Source: Opitutales bacterium (lineage in GTDB: Bacteria > Verrucomicrobiota > Verrucomicrobiia > Opitutales > PNEW01). From it: DNA of 32,000 bases. The stretch covers positions 1,620,001 to 1,652,000 of the forward strand of contig CBDCNV010000002.1 in assembly GCA_965219535.1 (NCBI GenBank), given 5' to 3'. Positions 1 through 7,255 of this stretch are shown piece by piece. The position numbers and the translations under genes are program-made. A model generated the notes under the pieces. The model ran no database searches, was not told the DNA's origin, and saw only the letters and a list, made by a program, of their open reading frames with translations. How positions within the stretch are numbered: the stretch's first letter is position 1; every line of letters begins with the position of its first letter.

Positions 1-709
1 TGCCTTACCATGATCTGATTCATAACGAGCAATATCCATATACTTTGCTGATGCGGGTGTTCTAGGGGGCATAGGTTGCGTCGCTACTTCACGCAGGAAA
101 GGTATTGCTTCAGGGTCACCAAGTCGTCCTATTTCGACGATGATATCATTGTAGCGCCATGGTTCATTTTTGTAGCGCCATGGGTGAATTGATAAATATT
201 TAGCTTTCGCGATCTCATACTGGTCCTTGAGTTGAACCCAATTTGGTACCTCCCCATATAATGATAATTTCACTTCTCTGAGTATCCTCATACTTTCTAT
301 TTCTAAAACTATACTTTTATCTCCAATATAGTTTGCCAATGGTTCAATAACTCGTTCACCGCCAATCGCATTAAGTTTCTTTAATGCAGAATGACGGACA
401 AACACATCTTCATTTCTCGTGTGCTCAACGATTTTTTGAAATATCGCATCATCACCTAGTAAGACTAAAGCAACTTCTGCCTTACCATGATCTGATTCAT
501 AACGAGCAATATCCTTATACTTTGTTGATACGGGTGTTCTAGTGGGCATAGGTTGCGTCGCTACTTCACGCAAGAAGGGTATTGCTTCAGGGTCGCCAAG
601 ACGTCCTATTTCGACGATGATATCATTGTAGCGCCATGGTTGATTTCCTAAGCCTTTGGCTTTCGCGTTCTCATACTGGTCCTTGAGTTGAACCCAATTT
701 GGTGTCTCC
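1..709. repeat. Intragenic tandem duplication, unit about 477 bp (nt 1-253 versus 478-709)
   Basis: The two segments align almost base for base (tgccttaccatgatctgattcataacgagcaatatcc...gttgaacccaatttgg). The left copy carries an extra 21 nt (7 codons, PWRYKNE duplication). Both copies are in frame with the HEAT-repeat CDS. Confidence 0.85.
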
Positions 710-786
710 CAAAATAAATATAAGTTCACAACAGAAAATATTATTACCAGGAAAATAAATAATAACTGAGATGATTTTATTGTCAT
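1..786 (-). CDS. HEAT/PBS-lyase-like repeat protein with N-terminal membrane anchor; start codon in window, C-terminal part runs off the left edge
   Basis: Absent from the ORF track because it is open to nt 1. Manual translation from ATG (complement of 784-786): MTIKSSQLLFIFLVIIFSVVNLYLFWETPNWVQLKDQYENAKAKGLGNQPWRYNDIIVEIGRLGDPEAIPFLREVATQPMP...DVFVRHSALKKLNAIGGERVIEPL..., with no stop down to nt 1. The N-terminus is hydrophobic. GRLGDPEAIPFL and VRHSALKKLNAIGGERVIEPL are classic HEAT_2/PBS-lyase repeat signatures. Confidence 0.6.
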   Translation of the reverse strand, partial: MTIKSSQLLFIFLVIIFSVVNLYLFWETPNWVQLKDQYENAKAKGLGNQPWRYNDIIVEIGRLGDPEAIPFLREVATQPMPTRTPVSTKYKDIARYESDHGKAEVALVLLGDDAIFQKIVEHTRNEDVFVRHSALKKLNAIGGERVIEPLANYIGDKSIVLEIESMRILREVKLSLYGEVPNWVQLKDQYEIAKAKYLSIHPWRYKNEPWRYNDIIVEIGRLGDPEAIPFLREVATQPMPPRTPASAKYMDIARYESDHGKA

Positions 787-1156
787 GATTTCTTATTAAG
801 GATTTCCGGTGCTGGATCGCTCCAGTTGACAATCGTTGTATTTGAGGTGGCCGTGCCCCCATCGTTGTCCGTTGCCACGGCATAAAAGCGATAACTACCG
901 GGCGTCTGGGGACTGTCACTACTATAGTTATAGGGGGCGCTGATGTCAATCTTGAATAACGCTCCGTTACGGTAAAACTTCACGCTTTCAATACTCCCGT
1001 CGGAATACCTGATGTAGCCGTGACGAGGGCATTTTTATCGACTTCCAGTGAATTACCGCTCGTAGTGATCGACACCGTGGGCGCGAAATTGGGCTGAGCG
1101 TTGACTCTGTTCACCAGCGTGATGACCATCAGAATCAAAAACAAAAACAGTTTCAT
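783..1156 (-). pseudogene. Small secreted Ig-like domain protein, frameshifted
   Basis: ATG at complement 1154-1156 gives the signal peptide MKLFLFLILMVITLVNRVNAQPNFAPTVSITTSGNSLEVDKN..., which stops at TGA 980-982. A second frame, open from 1034 to 783, reads ...YSDGSIESVKFYRNGALFKIDISAPYNYSSDSPQTPGSYRFYAVATDNDGGTATSNTTIVNW, the DG-I-x-V-x-FY-x-NG ... A-x-A-TDN-x-G pattern of bacterial Ig-like domains. One indel between 980 and 1034 joins the two. Its stop overlaps the HEAT gene start as ATGA (783-786). Confidence 0.55.
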
Positions 1157-1225
1157 GGCAGAGGCTTTCTAACTATGTTGATGGCGTGTTTCCCATCCCG
1201 GATTAAAGACTCGGGGTTGAATTTT

Positions 1226-1396
1226 ATCCGCCCAGGCAAACCCGTAGAGAATGGTTATATTGAGAGCTTCAATGGACGCTAACGCGATGAACTTCTTAAC
1301 ACCGAGCTATTTTGTACGCTCCCTGAAGCGAAAGAAAAACTTGAAGCCTGGCGGCTTGATTATAATACTCAAAGACCACACAGGCCTTTGTTATAG
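1226..1396 (+). mobile_element. IS3-family transposase OrfB C-terminal fragment with in-frame TAA
   Basis: Translation [55 protein letters not shown] matches the conserved IS3 OrfB tail (PGKP-x-NG-x-IESFNG-x-LRDELLN ... W-x-x-YN-x-x-RPH). The stop is at 1280-1282, where the family has Leu. There is no N-terminal part upstream. Confidence 0.75.
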
Positions 1397-1713
1397 AGTT
1401 TAACTCTTCCCACTGGAATCCCCTATTAATCAACGTTTTATATTAACTATTAAGTATTTATAAATCATATTATCGCTTGATTCCAGAGAAACTAAATAAA
1501 AGCATATAGCGTTAAATAGCAATAAGTGGGGAGCATTGGGGGGTGCGGAAGTCGCTTGATCCCATGGTATGTTATTAATTGTAATAACCGACGACAATTT
1601 CTAGATTCAATTAACAGTTCGATTCATTGGTGACCGAATTCAGAAATTTGCATGTATAACTCCGAAGCTTAATTCTAAAAAGACGGCATTCTTACTTATA
1701 ATTGTGAGGGCGA

Positions 1714-1884
1714 TTACGCTCCCCCCCTGTAGTCCATCTGGCCATAATTATTTCGCAAGCGATGGTAGCTTTGTGGACTGATGTTGTGTTCACGACAGAC
1801 TTCCTGAATGCCTCTGCCGCTGTCTATTTCGCACGGGATTGCTATTATCTGCTCGGTGCTGTGTCTTTCCGATCTTATTTACAG
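1714..1884 (-). mobile_element. IS3-family OrfA (HTH) fragment, start lost
   Basis: Minus-strand translation ...RSERHSTEQIIAIPCEIDSGRGIQEVCREHNISPQSYHRLRNNYGQMDYRGGA* resembles IS3/IS911 OrfA (Y-x-x-E-x-K...V-x-EVCRE-x-GIS-x-x-T-x-YRW). It has no start codon and is truncated after the HTH. Confidence 0.6.
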
Positions 1885-1894
1885 AAAGACTCTC

Positions 1895-2258
1895 ACTGGC
1901 AATGATCCAATCCTTGGCGACCACGCCATATAGTGGGTGATGATGATGTCCGGCTGGATATCCTATATCGTCTCTCCCAGCTCCAGCAGATTTTACCGCG
2001 TTGCTATGAGAGGCGTGTCGCCGAAGTCAAGAAAGCGATAGTCCTTTACTCCGAGAGCCGTAGCCGCCTTTAACCCATTTTCATGGAGAGTCCCTGAACT
2101 CCTCCTCCGATTTCCCGAGATTGTGTTCAGAGTGTAATTCGATCCCATATGTCAGGGTCATAAGGGTCACCTCGTCTCCATGATTGACGTGATGGATAAT
2201 CGTGCCTGCCGAAGCGGAGAACGGATTCGAGGGAGGCGCATATTACCAGTATTTTCAT
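1895..2258 (-). pseudogene. PIG-L/LmbE-family deacetylase remnant with multiple frameshifts
   Basis: ATG at complement 2256-2258 gives MKILVICAS.... A shifted frame gives AGTIIHHVNHGDEVTLMTLTYG, and a further shifted frame gives IQPDIIITH. These are the three N-terminal hallmarks of PIG-L deacetylases, scattered over three frames. Confidence 0.45.
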
Positions 2259-2384
2259 TTTTTCATCGTTAGCTATGCTTTCCTCCTATTGCCGCAGCCT
2301 AAGAGGATTAGTAACGGTTTTGTCAATTCGCATCGATAATTTTAAAAAAATTAAAGTGTATAGTAATATATTTGATCATGCATC

Positions 2385-2529
2385 AGAGCGGCCACTACGG
2401 AGCGTGGCTCTCCATTTCTCTTATCATGGTATGGCTTTTAATTTTTTAACCTGCCCGTGCTCCTATATAATCCTATACAGATGTAACATACTATTTTTTC
2501 TAGAGGGCCACGCTCCTTCGTGGCCGCTA
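2385..2529. repeat. Pair of ~25-bp inverted repeats separated by ~95 bp
   Basis: agagcggccactacggagcgtggctct (2385-2411) versus the reverse complement of agagggccacgctccttcgtggccgcta (2503-2529). They share agcggccac-NNN-ggagcgtggc. Each arm is itself a small hairpin. The pair lies just downstream of the ybaN-like gene. Confidence 0.6.
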
Positions 2530-2588
2530 ATGGCTTTTTATATCAACTTGCTAATTATAAAAGCACGAAAGCGCAGACAAAAAAACTG

Positions 2589-2951
2589 CTATTCTTTTCC
2601 GCAGGTTTTTAAGCGACAGACATAAGAGAAGCCCCAGGCAAATAAGAACAATCCTAATAATTTCAGATACAGATTATCGACCGCAAAGAAAATGGAATAT
2701 CCTCCGAACAGGATTATCGATGAAATAGCTACTATCTTTGTCGAGTATGAAATGCACCGGTTCTCTCGCCAATTTTTGATAATTGGGCCAAATGTTTTGC
2801 TGGAGAGCAGCCACTGATGCCATTTCTCGGATGATTTGGCAAAGCAACCTGCCGCTAACAAAACAAATGGTGTTGTCGGCAACAATGGCACAAACACACC
2901 TAGCGCGGCAATACCGATAAATATAAAACCTAATGATCTGAATAATATCAT
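2589..2951 (-). CDS. ybaN: DUF454/YbaN-family inner membrane protein
   Basis: MILFRSLGFIFIGIAALGVFVPLLPTTPFVLLAAGCFAKSSEKWHQWLLSSKTFGPIIKNWRENRCIS... carries the PLLPTTPF-x-LLAA-x-CFA-x-SS-x-x-x-H-x-WLL signature of YbaN. I prefer the ATG at 2951 over the TTG at 2957 used by the ORF track. Confidence 0.75.
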   Translation of the reverse strand: MILFRSLGFIFIGIAALGVFVPLLPTTPFVLLAAGCFAKSSEKWHQWLLSSKTFGPIIKNWRENRCISYSTKIVAISSIILFGGYSIFFAVDNLYLKLLGLFLFAWGFSYVCRLKTCGKE

Positions 2952-3007
2952 GCTCAATTAATTAGGTAAGTATACAATAGTAACAAAAAGTGTTGACATT
3001 TAAATGA

Positions 3008-3952
3008 TTGTATATTAATGTATTAAGTATGAAAGCACCCGGAAAATATTATAGAAAAGGGCTATCTTTAATCGGAGCTATGAAGATGTTCCCCGATGAC
3101 AAGAAGGCGGAGAAATGGTTTATTAAAAAGCGTTGGAAAGATGGGGTAAAATGCCCACATTGCCATAGTGAACACGTCCGGCACGATGTAAAGCATCCGA
3201 CAATGCCTTATCGTTGCCGTAAATGCTATAAGTTCTTTTCCGTTAAAACAGGAACGATCATGCAGTCCTCCAATTTGGGTTATCAGGCATGGGCTTTGGC
3301 GATGTATTTGTTGACTGTTAATATCAAAGGAACTTCAAGCATGAAATTGCATAGGGATTTAAACGTTACACAGAAAACAGCGTGGCATTTAGCTCACCGG
3401 ATAAGGGAATCATGGAAGGGTAAAGAAAAGGAATTTAAAGGCCCGGTTGAAATAGATGAAGCTTATTTTGGTGGACGTGAGAGAAATAGGCGAGATCATA
3501 AGAAGCTTAATATGGGGCGTGGGGTTGCAGGAAAGTCTGCGGTTGTCGGTGTTAAGGACAGACCCACTAAATAAATTACTGCTTCAAAAGTAGATTCAAC
3601 AACTAAGGAAACTTTACAAAGATTCGTATTAAGCAAAGTAGATGGTCAAGTAAAAATCTACTCTGATGACAACCGGGCATATGCAGGTCTTGAACGCGAA
3701 TCAGTTAAGCATAGCCTTGGAGAGTATGTCAGAGGGCAAGCACATACAAATGGCATAGAAAGCTTCTGGGCTTTACTGAAACGTGGTGTTTATGGGACGT
3801 ATCACAGGCTAAGCCCTAAACACCTGGATAGATATGTGCAGGAATTTTCGGGACGGCATAACAACCGTCCATTTAATACCATAGACCAAATGGCAGAGAT
3901 GGTTGATGGTATGTCAAATAAGACTCTGCCTTATAAGGAATTAGTTAAATGA
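3008..3952 (+). pseudogene. IS1595-family (ISXO2-like DDE plus N-terminal zinc ribbon) transposase interrupted by one in-frame TAA
   Basis: A single 945-nt frame. The first part (track ORF 3008-3574) has CPHCHS...YRCRKCYKFFSVKTGT (zinc ribbon) and EIDEAYFGGRERN. TAA sits at 3572-3574. The same frame then continues ITASKVDSTTKETLQRFVLSKVDGQVKIYSDDNRAYAGL...HTNGIESFWALLKRGVYGTYHRLSPKHLDRYVQEFSGRHN... to TGA 3950-3952. Confidence 0.85.
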
Positions 3953-4053
3953 TCGAAAAAAAATTATTGTTTTTAGCATGGGGACAAATATTGGCGATAC
4001 TGGCATTTATAGCGGGTGGCTTTACTTCGGTTTTAAGGAGTCGTATGCGCGGA

Positions 4054-4254
4054 TTACAGGTAGATGATTGCAATATAAAACAAGGCACAGATAATCGCCA
4101 AGCCAAGGCATAAGCTTACAAACTTCCAATTGGGTTCTTTCATATCTTTTATTGAATAGTATATTTCGCTAAATGCTTTTTGGTTGTAGAACCCAAAATA
4201 AAAAGCAAGGGCAAGAACTATAATATTAACTATTATAATAAGACCAATATTCAT
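4054..4254 (-). CDS. Small two-helix membrane protein inside the IS1595-family element
   Basis: The 66-aa ORF has two clear hydrophobic helices (MNIGLIIIVNIIVLALAFYFGF... and VSLCLGLAIICALFYIAIIYL). I recognise no homology. Confidence 0.35.
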   Translation of the reverse strand: MNIGLIIIVNIIVLALAFYFGFYNQKAFSEIYYSIKDMKEPNWKFVSLCLGLAIICALFYIAIIYL

Positions 4255-4341
4255 AGTTTATTCTTTGTTTTTAATTCTTCTGTTTTATTTCGTATCAGCA
4301 TAGCATCATGGCCCAAGACATAAAGTTCAATATGATTTAAA

Positions 4342-4491
4342 ATGCCAACTTCAAAAAAGAAAAAAGCCTCTAAAGCATACGATAAAATCCCTGATACTTT
4401 AGACAATGTAGCTAAAGCTGTTCTTACTACTCCGCCAAAAAAACCAAGTCAGTGGAAATATCTTAAACGCAATAGGAAACAAAAGAAATAA
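4342..4491 (+). CDS. Possible 49-aa lysine-rich small protein inside the IS element
   Basis: Manual ORF MPTSKKKKASKAYDKIPDTLDNVAKAVLTTPPKKPSQWKYLKRNRKQKK*. It is below the ORF-track size cut-off. The only support is an open frame in AT-rich DNA. Confidence 0.2.
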   Translation: MPTSKKKKASKAYDKIPDTLDNVAKAVLTTPPKKPSQWKYLKRNRKQKK

Positions 4492-4719
4492 ATAATATTT
4501 TATTACTATTGTATATAATTCCCATTAATTAAGTTCATTATAATCTAATTACTGAATCGTGCAATATTCTGAAGAATAGCAGTCAGGCTTCAAAGGTTAT
4601 ATTCTGGCAGATGACTTTCCTGGCATTGGTGAAAAATTTTAAATTACGTTCGTGTGGAGTGACCGCCAAAAATCGTATCATTTACAGAGAGAGGTTATCC
4701 GGATAAACGGATAATCTCA

Positions 4720-5251
4720 ATGAAAAGAAAAAGATATACAACAGAACAGACGATCGCAATACTACGGCAAGCCGATACTGGTAAAACTGTGCAGGAAGTC
4801 TGCCGTGGCAATAACTTAAGCGAACAGACCATCTATCGCTGGGGTAAAAAGGATGGCAACTTGGAACTGGCCGATGCTCTAGCGCTATAAAGAACTGTAA
4901 AAGAAAACACCGAGTTGAAGAAGCGAGCCGTAAAAGGTGCGGCTGAGAAAGGGTTGTGCTCGTTTTAGAGGGCTTGTGTTTAACTCCGCCTCAGTTGGTC
5001 AACATTCAGCTATCGGCCCAAGCAGACCAGTAAGAAAGTACAGCGGTTAGTCGAACGGATGGTAACCTTGTCCTGGGAACATCCTCGCTACGGTACCGGT
5101 GCATCCGTGCCTTGCTCGTCAAGGAAGGTTGGGCAACAAGCCGGAAGTTTGTCCAGGCACTACGACGATCAGAAAGGCTGCAGGTAGTAAGCCATCGAAA
5201 AAGCGTAGACCCCGTCAAGGGATCTCTACAAGGTCGCCTACTAAATCATAT
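4720..5251 (+). mobile_element. IS3-family remnant (OrfA plus OrfB N-terminus), frameshifted and truncated by the next element
   Basis: MKRKRYTTEQTIAILRQADTGKTVQEVCRGNNLSEQTIYRW... (4720-4890) is an IS3 OrfA HTH. Downstream frames give KENTELKKRAV..., HPRYG and LVKEGWATSRKFVQALRRSERLQV...LLNHMEL (the OrfB N-terminus up to the PNHVW motif). This breaks off exactly at the inverted repeat starting at 5252. Confidence 0.7.
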
Positions 5252-5989
5252 GGAATTATATATAATAGTAACCAAAGGGATTTCACCCTTCCAGTTTTCC
5301 GGTGTTTAATATGTCTCCACTGATCATCTTTTTTAGAGGGTGTATGCCTTACTTTGTAATATATCTGCTGAGGAAACCTTTAGTTTAATCTGAATTTAAA
5401 AATGGGCAGGGTAGCAGTAATCGGAAATGCGGCTGGGGGAAAGTCCACGATGTGCAAAGCTTTGAGTGAATCCAAAGGGCTTCCGGTGCATCCTGTTGAT
5501 AAAATACAATGGAACGCTGGATGTACATCTTCTCCTGAAGTGGAGGTTGAAGAAAAGTTAAACGAAATAATGAAAACTGATCTGTGGATCATTGATGGGT
5601 GGGGACCATGGAAAACCATTAAGAGACGGTTTAATGCAGCCGACACTTTAATATTCGTCGATCACTCTATTGGGATCCATTTCTGGTGGGCTTTTAAAAG
5701 ACAAATTCTGGCGTTGTTTTTCCCGGAACGCCTTGATAAGCTAGAGGGATACAACCTTCTGCACGTAACCTGTAAATTGTTTAAAATGATTAGGAGAATA
5801 CATCGGCAATTGAGACCTAAACTTCTTAAACTTGTGGATTCATATAAAGGAAGAAAAAAGATGTTTCATATAAAGTCACCCACCGATTTAAGGCGCTTCA
5901 TGATACAGTACTGTTAGATAAATTGTAATAACATCCAACAGATTACTGAAAATACTGTCCACCCTTGGGTTACTATTGTATATAATCCC
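5252..5989. mobile_element. Transposase-less cassette bounded by IS1595-type inverted repeats (mobile-insertion-cassette-like)
   Basis: The left end GGAATTATATATAATAGTAACCAAAGGG (5252-5279) pairs with the reverse complement of cccttgggttactattgtatataatcccc (5961-5989). Both are near-identical to the right IR of the IS at 2965-4523. The only gene inside is the P-loop kinase. I found no target-site duplication. Confidence 0.55.
5402..5917 (+). CDS. P-loop NTPase, adenylate-kinase/FlaR (topology modulation)-like small kinase
   Basis: A Walker A motif sits at the N-terminus (VAVIGNAAGGKST), followed by WIIDGWG and IFVD motifs, in about 170 aa. This is typical of the AAA_17/AAA_18 small kinase fold. 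Confidence 0.6.
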   Translation: MGRVAVIGNAAGGKSTMCKALSESKGLPVHPVDKIQWNAGCTSSPEVEVEEKLNEIMKTDLWIIDGWGPWKTIKRRFNAADTLIFVDHSIGIHFWWAFKRQILALFFPERLDKLEGYNLLHVTCKLFKMIRRIHRQLRPKLLKLVDSYKGRKKMFHIKSPTDLRRFMIQYC

Positions 5990-6024
5990 CTAAAAATAAA
6001 TTAGAACAATGATCCTGATATGGT

Positions 6025-6609
6025 ATGGCTAACCAAAAACAAATCGCAAAAGATGTTGTTCAAATTCTGAGTGCATCTGGTAAATTTGAATCTATAATCC
6101 TTGATGGCAGTCTGAAATTAGATTCTTGGGATGAAATATCTGATATAGATATAGTCGTAGAGGAAAAAAGAAGAAGCCCGTTCGAGAACGTTATGGCAGC
6201 GCTTGATGAGATTAGGAAACAAAAGGAAATTGTTTTCTACGATTGGGCTAAAAGTCTATTACCTGAAAAGTATCTACTCTCAATATATTTGAAGGGGATA
6301 CCTGTTTTTTGGTTCGTGGACATAGCCTGCTATAAAGATTCGAGGTATCGTGATATATCAAAAGAAGAAATACCACAAGACTATGCAGAACACCTCTTGA
6401 AACTTTGGATATGTAACATCAAGCATGAGATTAGAAAGAACCAGGAAAGGAACAAAATAGACATAGCCTATCAGAGGCTATTTCATCTATCGGGAGAAGA
6501 GGTTACTGCGAAAGATAAGTTCATGAAAATTTGGAAGAAGATCCCGAAAGATTATCTGGACAACTCTGTTTTAGCTGAATGCAAGGAAGTTTTAAGCATG
6601 ATTAGCTGA
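6025..6609 (+). CDS. Nucleotidyltransferase-domain protein (Pol-beta superfamily, antibiotic NTase-like)
   Basis: LDGSLKLDSWDEISDIDIVV fits the G-S-x(n)-D-x-D catalytic signature of minimal, kanamycin and lincosamide nucleotidyltransferases. It is followed by a helical C-terminal half. Confidence 0.6.
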   Translation: MANQKQIAKDVVQILSASGKFESIILDGSLKLDSWDEISDIDIVVEEKRRSPFENVMAALDEIRKQKEIVFYDWAKSLLPEKYLLSIYLKGIPVFWFVDIACYKDSRYRDISKEEIPQDYAEHLLKLWICNIKHEIRKNQERNKIDIAYQRLFHLSGEEVTAKDKFMKIWKKIPKDYLDNSVLAECKEVLSMIS

Positions 6610-6633
6610 ATTTATTTTATACTGTTTTATAAA

Positions 6634-7161
6634 GTGTGCAAAATTCGCAATATTGAAGAGAAGGATGTTAGCAGGGTAGCTGAAATCCATGTAAGATCCT
6701 GGCAAGTCGCATACAAAGGTATACTGCCTCAGGAATTCCTGGATAACTTTAGTATTAAACAACGCGAAAAATTGTGGAGAAACGATATCTTTCCGAAAAT
6801 GGCTAGATCCAACTACGTATTGGAAGTAGCAGGTAATGTGCTTAGATGGGTCTCTGCAGGTTCGTCAAGGGATGCTGCTGCTGATGAGAATATAATTGGT
6901 GAATTGTATGGCATTTATCTTGATCCGCCATTTTACAGAATGGGGTACGGTACTAAATTGTGGCATGAGGCAAAGCAACATTTACTTAGAGATGGATTCA
7001 ATGAAATTACACTGTGGGTTTTAGATGAAAATGTGAGAACTAGAAGATTTTATGAGAAAATAGGATTTTCATTGGTAAAGAATGCAGAAAAGAAATTGGT
7101 TTGGGTTGATGGTGTTAAAGAGGTAAGGTATCGCTATATCGTCAGAAAAAGTGATGATTAA
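6634..7161 (+). CDS. GNAT-family N-acetyltransferase
   Basis: IRNIEEKDVSRVAEIHVRSWQVAYKGILP...GELYGIYLDPPFYRMGYGTKLWHEA...ITLWVLDENVRTRRFYEKIGF shows GNAT motifs A and B (R-x-G-x-G and FYEK-x-GF). Only a GTG start is available. Confidence 0.8.
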   Translation: MCKIRNIEEKDVSRVAEIHVRSWQVAYKGILPQEFLDNFSIKQREKLWRNDIFPKMARSNYVLEVAGNVLRWVSAGSSRDAAADENIIGELYGIYLDPPFYRMGYGTKLWHEAKQHLLRDGFNEITLWVLDENVRTRRFYEKIGFSLVKNAEKKLVWVDGVKEVRYRYIVRKSDD

Positions 7162-7255
7162 ACATGTAGTAGCCCTGACTTATTAATAGATCTTTATTAT
7201 TTATCATGGATTAACCTCTAGCAAATTGTGCTAAGCAATAGACCAGATTATTTAT

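Larger units (their letters stand above)
2965..4523 (+). mobile_element. IS1595-family insertion sequence (1559 bp) with 8-bp target duplication and about 570 bp of extra sequence after the transposase
   Basis: The direct repeat ATTAATTA at 2957-2964 and 4524-4531 abuts imperfect terminal IRs: ggtaagTATACAATAGTAAc (2965-2984) and the reverse complement of ttattactattgtatataattccc (4500-4523). The shared core is TATACAATAGTAA and both ends start GG. A TTGACA-17-TAATGT promoter-like site lies at 2993-3021, upstream of the transposase. Confidence 0.75.

Noticed and set aside
2275-2625. 116-aa ORF on the + strand.
   Set aside because: It is AT-rich and low-complexity, spans the inverted-repeat pair and overlaps the 3' end of the ybaN-like gene. 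No motif supports it.
6025-7161. NTase-GNAT as a single bifunctional gene split by a TGA, since the two ORFs are in the same frame.
   Set aside because: The NTase C-terminus and the GNAT N-terminus both look complete for their families. A shared frame has a one-in-three chance, and the 8 intervening codons are AT-rich filler. It is reported only as a weak case under the in-frame stop finding.
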